Below, one piece after another: positions 1-9,862 of a stretch of DNA of 64,000 nt. Within the stretch, counting starts at the first letter, position 1. Each line of letters begins with the position of its first letter. The notes below the pieces were generated by a model that was given only the letters and a program-made list of their open reading frames with translations, ran no database searches and was not told where the DNA came from. The DNA is from an uncultured Flavobacteriales bacterium (GTDB taxonomy: Bacteria; Pseudomonadota; Alphaproteobacteria; UBA8366; JADFVY01): positions 15,997-79,996 of the forward strand of contig CAYFYY010000004.1 of assembly GCA_964347475.1 (NCBI GenBank), written 5' to 3'. Made by a program: the position numbers and the translations under genes.

Positions 1-248
1 CGCCGGCCGAAATCCATCAACCGTTCGCCGCCCTCGCAATCGAGGTGCAGCACCTCGCCGATCTCGGTCATGAAAAAATCGTGCAGGTACTTGCCCTGCG
101 GTGTGAGGAAGGCGGCCCAGATGGCGTGCTCGGTATCCGCCCTCGTCACGTCGTTGGACACCAGACCCTGCAGGAATGCGCGGCGGTCGGCGCCGGCAAC
201 GGTGATCACGCCCCGGTGCGGCAGGATCGTGTAATGAAGTCGCATCAT
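1..248 (-). CDS. YgfZ/GcvT-like folate-binding protein, N-terminal part (gene runs off the left edge)
   Basis: Reverse-strand translation from the ATG at 248 reads MMRLHYTILPHRGVITVAGADRRAFLQGLVSNDV...FLTPQGKYLHDFF. This is typical of the N-terminus of YgfZ-type aminomethyltransferase-fold proteins. It is absent from the ORF track because the window edge truncates it. Confidence 0.6.
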   Translation of the reverse strand, partial: MMRLHYTILPHRGVITVAGADRRAFLQGLVSNDVTRADTEHAIWAAFLTPQGKYLHDFFMTEIGEVLHLDCEGGERLMDFGR

Positions 249-433
249 GTCCCTGGCATCGCCTCTCGCTGCGGTGTGCCATTCCAGATAGGCGCTGGCG
301 CAGCTCGCGGCAAGCGCCCGGCCGGACCGACTAATCGGTTTGCAGCGCCGTCGCGAGCCATTACGCTTGGCGGCGCGACCCCGGCACGATCGTGTGCCGG
401 AGGAAACCCCAGTTGCGAGGCCCGGCTGGCAAA

Positions 434-1771
434 ATGGCCGAACGATTCGATCTGATTCTCCGCGGGGGCACCTGCCTGACTCCTGCCGGGCGCGTGAATA
501 CCGATATCGGTGTTTCCGGGGGGCGAATCGCCGCGATCGGCGACCTTGGGCGGACCGCGGCCGAAACCGTGTTCGAGGCGAAAGGGCTGCATGTACTCCC
601 CGGCGTGATCGACAGCCAGGTGCATTTCCGCGAGCCCGGCAACGAGCACAAGGAGGATCTCGAGAGCGGCACCCGCGCCGCGGTCCTGGGTGGCGTTACC
701 GCGGTGTTCGAGATGCCGAACACCGATCCACCAACGACCTCCACCGCCGATCTGAGTGACAAGATCAGCAGGGCGGACGGACGCGCGTGGTGCGATTTCG
801 CGTTCTTCGTCGGCGCAGCGAAGGAGAACATCAACCGCCTTGCCGGGCTGGAGCAGCTGGCCGGCTGTTGCGGCATCAAGGTGTTCATGGGCTCGTCGAC
901 CGGCTCGCTGCTGGTGGCCGAGAAAGGGTTGCTGCGCGATATCATGTCGCGCGGGCGGCGGCGCATCGCGATTCATGCAGAGGACGAGGAGCGGCTGAAG
1001 GCGCGCTTCGACTATGCGCGCGACGGCGGCCAACCCTATTGCCACCCGATCTGGCGCGACGAGGAGACCGCGCTGATCGCGACGCGGCGCGCGCTGGAGC
1101 TCTCCGCCGCGACCCGGCGCCGGATCCATATCCTGCACGTCACCACGGCGCAGGAGATGGAGCTGCTGGCGCAGCACAAGGATCTTGCGACCGTCGAGGT
1201 GACGCCGCAGCACCTGACGCTGGCCGCGCCGGACGCCTACAACCGGCTCGGCACGCTGGCGCAGATGAACCCGCCGATCCGCGACGAACGGCAGCGCGCC
1301 GGGCTGTGGCGCGCGGTGGCCTCGGGGATTGTCGACGTGATCGGCTCGGACCATGCTCCGCACACGCTGGAGGAGAAGGCGAGGCCGTATCCGCAGAGCC
1401 CGTCGGGGATGCCCGGGGTGCAGACGCTGGTGCCGGTGATGCTGACCCATGTGCACGAGGGCCGATTGACGCTGGAGCGCTTCGTCGACCTTGTCTGCGT
1501 CGGGCCCGCGCGGATCTACAACGTCGCCCGCAAGGGCCGCATCGCGGTCGGCTATGACGGCGATTTCACGATGGTCGACCTGAAGGCGGAGCGGACGATC
1601 GAGAACGGCTGGATCGCCAGCAAGTGCGGCTGGACGCCGTTCGACGGCATGGCGGTGACCGGCTGGCCGGCGGCCACGGTACTTCGCGGCCATATCGTCA
1701 TGCGCGACGATGAGACCGTCGGCGTGCCGGCCGGCCGACCAGTTCGGTTCGCCGACACCGGGGCGACCTGA
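434..1771 (+). CDS. pyrC: dihydroorotase (cyclic amidohydrolase family)
   Basis: ORF 392..1771. The likely start is the ATG at 434 (MAERFDLILRGG...). Amidohydrolase motifs are present (DSQVHFREPG, HAEDE, GSDHAPH). Confidence 0.85.
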   Translation: MAERFDLILRGGTCLTPAGRVNTDIGVSGGRIAAIGDLGRTAAETVFEAKGLHVLPGVIDSQVHFREPGNEHKEDLESGTRAAVLGGVTAVFEMPNTDPPTTSTADLSDKISRADGRAWCDFAFFVGAAKENINRLAGLEQLAGCCGIKVFMGSSTGSLLVAEKGLLRDIMSRGRRRIAIHAEDEERLKARFDYARDGGQPYCHPIWRDEETALIATRRALELSAATRRRIHILHVTTAQEMELLAQHKDLATVEVTPQHLTLAAPDAYNRLGTLAQMNPPIRDERQRAGLWRAVASGIVDVIGSDHAPHTLEEKARPYPQSPSGMPGVQTLVPVMLTHVHEGRLTLERFVDLVCVGPARIYNVARKGRIAVGYDGDFTMVDLKAERTIENGWIASKCGWTPFDGMAVTGWPAATVLRGHIVMRDDETVGVPAGRPVRFADTGAT

Positions 1772-1848
1772 GAGAGGCCCGCCGGCCACAAGCGGACCAA
1801 GCCGGATGAAGGCGAGCACTCAGCGGCCACGGCTTGGTAAGATGCTCC

Positions 1849-2559
1849 TTAGAACCCGCATCCCTTGTAGCCTTGGGACTTGCAGTCGAGCGCCAGTCGC
1901 CGCGCCGCCGCAATGTCATCCGACGACATGGTCTCCGCCAGGGCATCGCTGTCCTGCGCGAATTCCGGAAGACCGCGTTCTATGGCGATAAGATAGAGCG
2001 CCTGCGCTTTGACGAGGTCTTTCGGCACGCCCCTTCCATGTTCATGCATCTCCATGAGAGACTTCAGTGCGAAGGGATCGCCCTTTTCCCCAGCCCGGCG
2101 ATACCAGCCAATGGCCTCCACGTAATCCTGCGTCGCACCCCAGCCTTTCTCGTACATCATGCCGAGCTGGGTTTGCGCAGCGGAAAGATCCTGTTCGGCG
2201 GCCTTATAAAACCACGCGACCGCCTGCGCTGGATCCTGCGGCACGCCTTTACCTAGCTGGTACATTAACGCCAGATTATGTTGCGCCCCAGCGTCGCCCT
2301 GATCCGCCGCCAGCGGACAGGATACTCCCGCACGCGCGAAGTCTCTCCCAGCAATGGCGCTGTAACAATCCTCGGTATCGGACGAGCCGGGCGGACCGAA
2401 AGGACCGCCAGCTATAAGATAGGCCACGACGAGAAGGCATATTGCGGCGCCGGCGACCACGAACAGAGTGCAAGAGCTCAACGGTTTCGTTCCCCAAGGA
2501 TCGAACGGCAAACGCGACCAGCGGCACCGATGCTCGCATACCATCCGGCGAGTTTCCAC
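1849..2559 (-). CDS. Sel1-like repeat protein with N-terminal membrane anchor
   Basis: There are repeated Sel1 units (AQHNLALMYQLGKGVPQD, AVAWFYKAAEQ, TQLGMMYEKGWGATQD, AIGWYRRAGEKGD) and a hydrophobic N-terminal segment. The start codon is uncertain. Confidence 0.75.
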   Translation of the reverse strand: METRRMVCEHRCRWSRLPFDPWGTKPLSSCTLFVVAGAAICLLVVAYLIAGGPFGPPGSSDTEDCYSAIAGRDFARAGVSCPLAADQGDAGAQHNLALMYQLGKGVPQDPAQAVAWFYKAAEQDLSAAQTQLGMMYEKGWGATQDYVEAIGWYRRAGEKGDPFALKSLMEMHEHGRGVPKDLVKAQALYLIAIERGLPEFAQDSDALAETMSSDDIAAARRLALDCKSQGYKGCGF

Positions 2560-2745
2560 GCAATTTGGGCTCGTTCCGGTGATGTCCCAATTGCTCCGCC
2601 TGCTGTCCCATCAAGGACCGGATTCAACTTCTCTTGCGAAAGGCCGTGACCACAAGGCGGCTGGATAGGGCTTGTGCCCAATCATTCCCGCGAGGCCGCG
2701 CGCCGCACCGGCGCTCACCGACCGGGCCCTGGCAAGCCGTGCCCG

Positions 2746-3558
2746 CTATGCAATCGCGACGTCCAGCACCATCATCAACACGAACCCGAACAGCACGCCG
2801 AAGGTGGCCGCCGTCTCGTTGCCGTTGCGGTGGGTCTCGGGGATGACCTCGTGGCTGATCACGAACAGCATGGCCCCGGCGGAGAAGGCCAGCGCATGCG
2901 AAAGAAGCGCGGCCGAGAGGGACACCACGCCGGCGCCGGCGAATCCGCCGACGGTCTCGACCAGCCCGGTCAGCAGCGCCACCGTGATGGCCGTCGACGG
3001 CCGGTAGCCCAGCGCCAGCATGGCCAGCGCCACGGCGAACCCTTCGGGCAGGTTCTGCAGGAAGATCGCCGCCGTCAGGGCCAGCCCGTTGCCGACGTCG
3101 CCGCCGCCGAACCCGACGCCGATCGCCAGCCCCTCGGGAAAGTTGTGGACGGTGATGGCGATGGTGAAAAGCCACAGCCCCTTGACCCGCGTCCCTTCGA
3201 GTCCCTCGCGCCCCTTGACGAAGTGCTCGTGCGGCAGCGCGCGGTGGACCAGTGCCAGCAACGCGCCGCCGGCAAGGATGGCCGCCGCGACGCCGAGTAC
3301 AGCCAGCATCTGCGACCCGGTCCGTTCCGTCCCGACGTCGATCGCCGGCAGCACGAGCGAAAACGCCGTGGCGCCCAGCATCAGCCCCGCGGCGACACCC
3401 AGCATGGCATCGTTCACGCGCCGGGAGATCGACCGGATGACCAGAACGGGCACCGCGCCGACGCCTGCTGCGAGGCCGGCGATAAGGCTGGCCAGGATGC
3501 CGGCCTCGAGCAGGGACAGGGACGAAAAATACGATTCGATCGTCGTCATGACCGGCAT
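2746..3558 (-). CDS. ZIP family divalent-metal transporter (ZupT/GufA-like)
   Basis: The 270-aa polytopic protein carries the HNFPEGLA and SHEVIPE metal-binding helix motifs of ZIP transporters. Confidence 0.85.
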   Translation of the reverse strand: MPVMTTIESYFSSLSLLEAGILASLIAGLAAGVGAVPVLVIRSISRRVNDAMLGVAAGLMLGATAFSLVLPAIDVGTERTGSQMLAVLGVAAAILAGGALLALVHRALPHEHFVKGREGLEGTRVKGLWLFTIAITVHNFPEGLAIGVGFGGGDVGNGLALTAAIFLQNLPEGFAVALAMLALGYRPSTAITVALLTGLVETVGGFAGAGVVSLSAALLSHALAFSAGAMLFVISHEVIPETHRNGNETAATFGVLFGFVLMMVLDVAIA

Positions 3559-3621
3559 ACGAAACGTGTTGTCGGGGGCGGCGCCTGGCCGTGCGTCGTC
3601 GCTAGGCAGTCCGGGGGCTGC

Positions 3622-6318
3622 TCAGGCCTCCCGGGCGATGGTCACCACGCCGTCCTCGCCGGCGATCGCGGCCTGGGCCGCGGCGAGGCGGGCGATCGGT
3701 ACCCGGAACGGTGAGCAGGAGACGTAATCGAGCCCGACCTTATGGCAGAACGCCACCGAGGCGGGATCGCCGCCGTGCTCGCCGCATATGCCGAGCTTGA
3801 TGTCGGGCCGCGTCCGGCGGCCGCGCTCGGTCGCGATCTGTACCAATTCGCCGACGCCGTCTACATCGATGCTGGTGAACGGGTCGTGCGCGAGGATGCC
3901 CTGCTTTTCGTAGTACTGCAGGAAGCTGCCGGCATCGTCGCGGCTCAGCCCGAAGGCGGTCTGCGTCAGATCGTTGGTGCCGTAGCTGAAGAACTCGGCC
4001 CGCTCGGCAATTTCGGCGGCGCGCAGGCAGGCACGCGGCAACTCGATCATGGTGCCGACCATGTAGGCCGGGCGGCTGCCCTTCTCCGTCGCGACCTCGT
4101 CGGCCACCCGGTCGATGATGCGCTTGAGGACGTCAAGCTCCTCCTTGACGGCGATCAGCGGCACCATGACCTCGCAGATCGGCCCCTCGCCGGTCTCCGC
4201 CTCGACCGCGACCGCGGCTTCGAAAATCGCGCGCGCCTGCATCTCGCAGATTTCCGGATAGCTGATCGCCAGCCGGCAGCCGCGATGGCCGAGCATCGGG
4301 TTTGCCTCGTACAGCTCGGTTGCCCGGCGGCGCACCGTCTTGATATTGACGCCGGCGGCGTCCGCGACCTCCTGCATCTCCTGCGCGCCCTTGGGCAGGA
4401 ATTCGTGCAGCGGTGGGTCCAGGAGCCGGATGGTTACCGGCAGGCCCCGCATGATCTTGAAGATCTCGATGAAGTCCGCGCGCTGCATTGGCAGGATCTT
4501 GTCGAGGGCGCCACGGCGCCCCTGCTCGCTCTCGGCCAGGATCATCTCGCGCACGGCGACGATGCGTTCGGCCTCAAAGAACATGTGCTCGGTGCGGCAC
4601 AGCCCGATCCCCTCGGCGCCGAACTCGCGCGCCGTGCGGGCATCCTCGGGCGTGTCCGCATTGGCGCGCACGCCCATCGTGCGGGCCGCGTCGGCCCATT
4701 CCATGAGCTTGGCGAAATCGCCGGACAGCTCGGGCTTGACGGTCGGCACCTCGCCGAGCATGACCTGGCCGGCACCGCCGTCGATGGTGATCCAGTCGCC
4801 GTCCTTGATGGTGCGGCCGCCGACCGTCATCTTGCGCGCCTTTTCGTCGACCTGGATATCGCCGGCGCCGGCGACGCACGCCCGCCCCATGCCGCGCGCG
4901 ACGACCGCGGCGTGGCTGGTCATGCCGCCGCGCGTCGTCAGGATGCCCTGGGCCGCGTGCATGCCGTGGATGTCCTCGGGGCTGGTTTCCGTGCGCACCA
5001 GGATCACGCGCTCTCCCTTGGCGGCCTCGGCTTCCGCCTCGTCGGCGGTGAATACCGCCTTGCCCGACGCCGCGCCGGGCGAGGCCGGCAGGCCGGTGGC
5101 GATGATGACGCGCTCTGCATCGGGGTCGAGCGCCGGGTGGAGGAGCTGGTCGAGCGCCTGCGGCTCGATGCGACCGACCGCGGTCGGCCGGTCGATGAGC
5201 CCACTCTCCGCCATTTCGACAGCGATGCGCAGGGCTGCCTGGGTGGTCCGCTTACCGTTGCGCGTCTGCAACATCCACAGCTTGCCCTTCTGCACCGTAA
5301 ACTCGATGTCCTGCATGTCGCGGTAGTGGGTCTCCAGCTTGCCACGGATTTCGTTGAGCTGGGCGAACACCTCCGGCATCACCTCCTCCATCGCCGGCAG
5401 GTCGGAACCGTTGGCCTCCTTGCCGGCGACGGTCAGGTGCTGCGGCGTGCGGATTCCGGCGACCACGTCCTCGCCCTGGGCATTGACGAGGTACTCACCG
5501 TAGAACGCGTTCGCGCCGGTCGACGGATCACGGGTGAAGGCGACACCGGTCGCGCAGTCGTCGCCCATGTTGCCGAACACCATCGCCTGCACGTTCACCG
5601 CGGTACCCCAGTCCTCGGGGATGCCGTGCAGGCGCCGGTAAGTCACGGCGCGCGGCGTCATCCAGCTGCCGAACACGGCGCCGATGGCGCCCCACAGCTG
5701 CGCCTTCGGGTCCTGCGGGAAGGGCTCGCCCAGCGTCTCTTCAACCCGGGCCTTGTAGGCGTCGACCAATGCCTTCAGCGCCTCGGCGTCGAGCTCGGTG
5801 TCGAGCTTGACGTTGCGATCCTCCTTGTGCAGGTCGAGGATCTCCTCGAAATTGTAGTGTTCGACGCCGAGCACGACGTTGGAATACATCTGGATGAAGC
5901 GGCGGTAACTGTCATAGGCGAAGCGCGGATTGTCGCTCTGCGCCGCAAGCCCTTCCACCGTCTCGTCGTTGAGACCGAGATTGAGCACGGTGTCCATCAT
6001 CCCGGGCATCGAGGCGCGGGCGCCCGAGCGCACCGATACCAGCAGCGGTGCCGTGCGATCGCCGAATTTCATGCCGCCGACCCGGGCCTCGATGTTCGCG
6101 AGCGCGGCATCGACGTGGCCGGCCAGGTCGTCCGGATAGGTGTTGCCGTTCTGGTAGAAGTACGTGCACACCTCCGTCGTGATCGTGAATCCCGGCGGCA
6201 CGGGCAGCCCTAGCTGGCACATCTCCGCAAGGTTGGCGCCTTTGCCGCCCAGCAGTCCGCGCATTCCGGCGCTGCCCTCTGCGACGCCGTCCCCGAACTC
6301 GTACACCCACTTGCTCAT
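3622..6318 (-). CDS. ppdK: pyruvate, phosphate dikinase
   Basis: 898 aa. It has a typical N-terminus (MSKWVYEFG), the phosphohistidine region GGMTSHAAVVARG and a PEP-utilizing C-terminal TIM-barrel domain. Confidence 0.97.
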   Translation of the reverse strand: MSKWVYEFGDGVAEGSAGMRGLLGGKGANLAEMCQLGLPVPPGFTITTEVCTYFYQNGNTYPDDLAGHVDAALANIEARVGGMKFGDRTAPLLVSVRSGARASMPGMMDTVLNLGLNDETVEGLAAQSDNPRFAYDSYRRFIQMYSNVVLGVEHYNFEEILDLHKEDRNVKLDTELDAEALKALVDAYKARVEETLGEPFPQDPKAQLWGAIGAVFGSWMTPRAVTYRRLHGIPEDWGTAVNVQAMVFGNMGDDCATGVAFTRDPSTGANAFYGEYLVNAQGEDVVAGIRTPQHLTVAGKEANGSDLPAMEEVMPEVFAQLNEIRGKLETHYRDMQDIEFTVQKGKLWMLQTRNGKRTTQAALRIAVEMAESGLIDRPTAVGRIEPQALDQLLHPALDPDAERVIIATGLPASPGAASGKAVFTADEAEAEAAKGERVILVRTETSPEDIHGMHAAQGILTTRGGMTSHAAVVARGMGRACVAGAGDIQVDEKARKMTVGGRTIKDGDWITIDGGAGQVMLGEVPTVKPELSGDFAKLMEWADAARTMGVRANADTPEDARTAREFGAEGIGLCRTEHMFFEAERIVAVREMILAESEQGRRGALDKILPMQRADFIEIFKIMRGLPVTIRLLDPPLHEFLPKGAQEMQEVADAAGVNIKTVRRRATELYEANPMLGHRGCRLAISYPEICEMQARAIFEAAVAVEAETGEGPICEVMVPLIAVKEELDVLKRIIDRVADEVATEKGSRPAYMVGTMIELPRACLRAAEIAERAEFFSYGTNDLTQTAFGLSRDDAGSFLQYYEKQGILAHDPFTSIDVDGVGELVQIATERGRRTRPDIKLGICGEHGGDPASVAFCHKVGLDYVSCSPFRVPIARLAAAQAAIAGEDGVVTIAREA

Positions 6319-6327
6319 CGCTGTCCG

Positions 6328-8421
6328 CTATCCCTCGATCTGGCTGAAATCCGCAAGCAATCCCATGGTCGCTCGAATCCGCGACAGCAGGCGCAAGCGG
6401 TTGGCCCGCAGTGTGGAGTCGTCCGCGTTGACGGTGACATCGTCGAAGAACGCGTCAACTGGCCTGCGCAACGACGCCAGCGCTGTCATGGCGGCTGTGA
6501 ATTTCTCGTCTGCGACGGCGGCCTCGACCGCTTTCGACGCGGCGTCCAGCGCGCGGCCGAGCGCCAACTCCTCGTCCTGCACGTAGGCCGCCTCGTCGGG
6601 CGCCTGATCGTACGAGACATCGTCCTTCTTCTCCTCGATTCGCAGGATGTTGGCGGCGCGACGAAACGCCGTCAACAGGTTCGCGCCGTCCTCGCTGGCG
6701 ATGAACTCCTGAAGTGCATCGACCCGTGCCAGCAGGCGCACGAGGTCGTCCTCGCCGCCGAGCCCGAACACCGCGGCGATCAGGTCGTGCCGCACGCCCC
6801 GGTCGCGCAGGTGCACCTTCAGCCGGTCGGCGAAGAAGGCAAGAAGATCGTCACACACGGCCGCCTTCCTGGCGCCGCCGGTGATCGCCGTGCCGATGCC
6901 CTCGACCGCCGCACCGAAGAGGGGAACCAGGTTGATCCGCAACCCGTTCTCGATGATCAGCCGAATCACGCCCAGCGCGGCGCGGCGCAGCGCATACGGG
7001 TCCTTGGAGCCGGTCGGCTTCTCGCCGATCATCCAGAAGCCGATTAAGGTGTCGATCCGGTCGGCCAGCGCCACGGCGACCGAGACCGGAGCGGACGGGC
7101 ACGTATCGTTCGGGCCCTGCGGCGCATAGTGGTCACGGATCGCATCGGCGACGTCGGCGTGCTCGCCGTCGGCCAGCGCGTAGTAGCGGCCCATCAGCCC
7201 CTGCAGCTCGGGGAACTCGCCGACCATGCCGGTGACGAGGTCGGCCTTGGCAAGGCGCGCCGCCGCACGTACCCGGTCGCGGTCTGCGCCGTCGACGTAC
7301 CTGGCGATCTCCGCTGCCAGCGCCTGCATGCGGTCGACCTTGTCGTCCAGCGTGCCCAGCTTGGCATGGAACGTGATGTCGGCAAGCTGTGTCGTGCGGC
7401 TGGCCAGTGTGTGCTTGCGGTCCTGGTCCCAGAAGAAGCGGGCGTCGGCGAGGCGGGCCCGCAACACCCGCTCGTTGCCGGCGACGATCTGCTTGCCGGC
7501 GTCCTTGGTCTCCATGTTGGCGACCAGCGCGAAGCGCGGCGCCAGTTCGCCGTCCCCGTCGAGCAGCGCGAAATACTTCTGGTGGCTGCGAATGGCGGTG
7601 GTCAGCAACTCCGGCGGCAGGTCCATGAACTCCGCATCGATCGACCCCAAGAGCATCACTGGCCACTCGACCAGACCAGTGACCTCGTCCAGCAGCGCCG
7701 GATCGTCGCGCACGGTCAGACCGGCCTTCTTCGCCACCCGGGCCAGCCCGTCGGCGATGATCCGGCGGCGCTCGGCCGGATCGAGGACGACGTGACCGGG
7801 ACTGCGCAGCCCGGCCGCGTATTCCTCGAAATCGGTTGCCGCGATGTAGTCGGGATGCAGGAACCGGTGGCCCCAGGTGCGGTTGCCGAAGCGCACCGTC
7901 TCGCCGCCAAGGTCGAGTGCGCCCCGCAGCGCGGCGCCGTCGAAGGCGGCGAGGATCGAATGCAGCGGGCGTACCCAGCGAAAGCTGTTCGAGGCCCAGC
8001 GCATCGACTTCGGCCAGACCAGCCCGCCTATCGCCGCGGTCAGGATGTCGGGCAGCACCGCTGCAGTGGCGCTTCCCTTCTTCTCGATGACGGCGAACCA
8101 GACTTCGCCCTTCGGCGTCTCGCGCTTCTCGCACCTGTCCAGCGAATCCAGGCCAGCGCCGCGCAGAAATCCCGCGATCGCCTTGTCCGGCGCGCCGACC
8201 TTCGGGCCCTTGCGCTCTTCCCGGATATCGGGCTGGCGCTCCGGCAGCCCCTCGACGCACAGTGCGAGCCGCCGCGGCGTCGCATAGGCGCGGGCATCGT
8301 CGAACGCCAGTCCCGCGGTCTTCAGCCCCTCGGTCACCAGACGCTCGAGTTCCTCTGCCGCGCGCGCCTGCATGCGCGCGGGAATCTCCTCGGAGAACAG
8401 TTCAAGAAGAAGCTGCGCCAT
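6328..8421 (-). CDS. glyS: glycine--tRNA ligase beta subunit
   Basis: 697 aa with N-terminus [18 protein letters not shown]. It lies directly downstream of glyQ on the same strand. Confidence 0.97.
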   Translation of the reverse strand: MAQLLLELFSEEIPARMQARAAEELERLVTEGLKTAGLAFDDARAYATPRRLALCVEGLPERQPDIREERKGPKVGAPDKAIAGFLRGAGLDSLDRCEKRETPKGEVWFAVIEKKGSATAAVLPDILTAAIGGLVWPKSMRWASNSFRWVRPLHSILAAFDGAALRGALDLGGETVRFGNRTWGHRFLHPDYIAATDFEEYAAGLRSPGHVVLDPAERRRIIADGLARVAKKAGLTVRDDPALLDEVTGLVEWPVMLLGSIDAEFMDLPPELLTTAIRSHQKYFALLDGDGELAPRFALVANMETKDAGKQIVAGNERVLRARLADARFFWDQDRKHTLASRTTQLADITFHAKLGTLDDKVDRMQALAAEIARYVDGADRDRVRAAARLAKADLVTGMVGEFPELQGLMGRYYALADGEHADVADAIRDHYAPQGPNDTCPSAPVSVAVALADRIDTLIGFWMIGEKPTGSKDPYALRRAALGVIRLIIENGLRINLVPLFGAAVEGIGTAITGGARKAAVCDDLLAFFADRLKVHLRDRGVRHDLIAAVFGLGGEDDLVRLLARVDALQEFIASEDGANLLTAFRRAANILRIEEKKDDVSYDQAPDEAAYVQDEELALGRALDAASKAVEAAVADEKFTAAMTALASLRRPVDAFFDDVTVNADDSTLRANRLRLLSRIRATMGLLADFSQIEG

Positions 8422-8472
8422 GACTCAGGCTCGCCCCGGCCCGGCGTGTAAGGTCGAAAAAAGGAAGTCCGA

Positions 8473-8544
8473 CCACAGAGACTCAGAGACACAGAGTGAG
8501 CCCGCCAAAGACCCCGCCATCACTGTGTCTCTGAGTCTCTGCGG
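8473..8544. repeat. long imperfect inverted repeat (hairpin) in the glyQ-glyS spacer
   Basis: The left arm CCACAGAGACTCAGAGACACAGAGTGA (8473-8499) pairs with the right arm TCACTGTGTCTCTGAGTCTCTGCGG (8520-8544). The stem is about 22-25 bp with one 2-nt bulge and one mismatch. The left arm is itself three tandem CAGAGNNN octamers (CAGAGACT, CAGAGACA, CAGAGTGA). Confidence 0.8.
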
Positions 8545-8569
8545 TAATTTCTTACTCTTATTCATGTTT

Positions 8570-9433
8570 TCACCCATGCCCCCGCGACTGGAGCCAACCT
8601 TCGCAGCAGGCCCTAGCCAGGTTACGGACGCGGCCGATATAGGCTTGGCGCGCGGTCACCGATATGACGCCGCGGGCGTCAAGCAGGTTGAACAGATGGC
8701 TCGCCTTGAGGCACTGGTCGTAGGCCGGCAGTGGCAGCGCCGCCTCGATCAGCGATCGGCATTCGGCTTCCGCGTCCTGGAAATGCCGCGTCAGCATGGC
8801 GGTGTCGGCGCGCTCGAAATTGTGCTCCGAATACTCGCGTTCGGCCTGCAGGAAGACCTCGCCATATTTGACCCCGGCGCCGTTGAAGTCGAGGTCGAAG
8901 ACGTTGTCGACTCCCTGCACGTACATCGCCAGCCGCTCCAGCCCGTAGGTCAGCTCGCACGACACCGGGTTGCACTCCAGCCCGCCGACCTGCTGGAAAT
9001 AGGTGAACTGGGTGACCTCCATGCCGTTGAGCCAGACCTCCCAGCCCAGGCCCCAGGCGCCCAGCGTCGGGCTCTCCCAGTCGTCCTCGACGAAGCGGAT
9101 GTCGTGCCGCATCGGATCGATGCCGAGATGGCGGAGCGAGTCGAGATAGAGCTGCTGGCTGTCGGGCGGCGAGGGCTTCAGGATCACCTGGTACTGGTAG
9201 TAGTGCTGCAGCCGGTTGGGGTTCTCGCCGTAGCGCCCGTCGGTCGGCCGGCGCGAGGGCTGCACATAGGCGGCGTTCCACGGCTCGGGGCCGAGCGCGC
9301 GCAACGTCGTCGCCGGATGGAAGGTGCCGGCACCGACCTCCATGTCGTAGGGCTGCAGGATCACGCATCCGCGCGCGGACCAGTATTCGTGCAGCTTGAG
9401 GATGAGCGACTGGAAACTGTTGTCGGTGGCCAT
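8570..9433 (-). CDS. glyQ: glycine--tRNA ligase alpha subunit
   Basis: 287 aa with highly conserved GlyQ sequence ([42 protein letters not shown]). Confidence 0.97.
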   Translation of the reverse strand: MATDNSFQSLILKLHEYWSARGCVILQPYDMEVGAGTFHPATTLRALGPEPWNAAYVQPSRRPTDGRYGENPNRLQHYYQYQVILKPSPPDSQQLYLDSLRHLGIDPMRHDIRFVEDDWESPTLGAWGLGWEVWLNGMEVTQFTYFQQVGGLECNPVSCELTYGLERLAMYVQGVDNVFDLDFNGAGVKYGEVFLQAEREYSEHNFERADTAMLTRHFQDAEAECRSLIEAALPLPAYDQCLKASHLFNLLDARGVISVTARQAYIGRVRNLARACCEGWLQSRGHG

Positions 9434-9559
9434 TCCCGGACCCGGAGTTCGCGGGCAGGCGCCCGTTCAGGTGCGGCGAAAATAACGGGCCGGCCGGAGC
9501 CGGTCAACGCCGGATGGCGGGTATCGATGAGCCGCAGTTCAGCGCAGACCGGTTACCCC

Positions 9560-9808
9560 TCAATACGGGCAGTCCGGCCTATCGCAGGGGCCGGCGGATT
9601 TTGCGACGACGTAGGCCTTGCAAACGGGGCACTGCACGGTGTCCTCGATCTCCGGCGCCGCGCCGCCTGCCTTCGCACTGCCCTTGCCGCTCCGCTGCTG
9701 CTGCTTGCGCGCCTGGTCGAGTCGGCCGACCAGCTTGAAGCCATACCAGACCGCCACGACGATGCCAATCAGGACGGCGAGCTTTCCCAGGCTGGGTATT
9801 CCGAACAT
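9560..9808 (-). CDS. small membrane-anchored protein with C-terminal Cys4 zinc-ribbon-like motif
   Basis: 82 aa with an N-terminal TM helix (LAVLIGIVVAVWYGF), a basic linker, and CPVCKAYV...CDRPDCPY at the C-terminus. Confidence 0.5.
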   Translation of the reverse strand: MFGIPSLGKLAVLIGIVVAVWYGFKLVGRLDQARKQQQRSGKGSAKAGGAAPEIEDTVQCPVCKAYVVAKSAGPCDRPDCPY

Positions 9809-9862
9809 CTATGAACTCCTAGCGGCCCGGCAGGCCGGCGGTCAAGTGCGGCGACGGCGGCG

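Noticed and set aside
245-1819. 524-aa minus-strand ORF covering the dihydroorotase locus. Similar long shadow ORFs occur at 7129..8451, 34975..36330, 36427..38238, 21828..23144, 23688..24755, 31879..33459, 55497..56783 and 62890..63921
   Set aside because: Each lies antisense or out of frame to a gene with clear family motifs, and has the Arg/Pro/Gly/Ala-biased composition of non-coding frames in GC-rich DNA.
3742-6213. 823-aa ORF on the plus strand, antisense to ppdK
   Set aside because: The opposite strand encodes an unmistakable full-length PPDK. The antisense product is Arg/Ala/Gly/His-rich low-complexity sequence, typical of stop-codon-poor frames in high-GC DNA.
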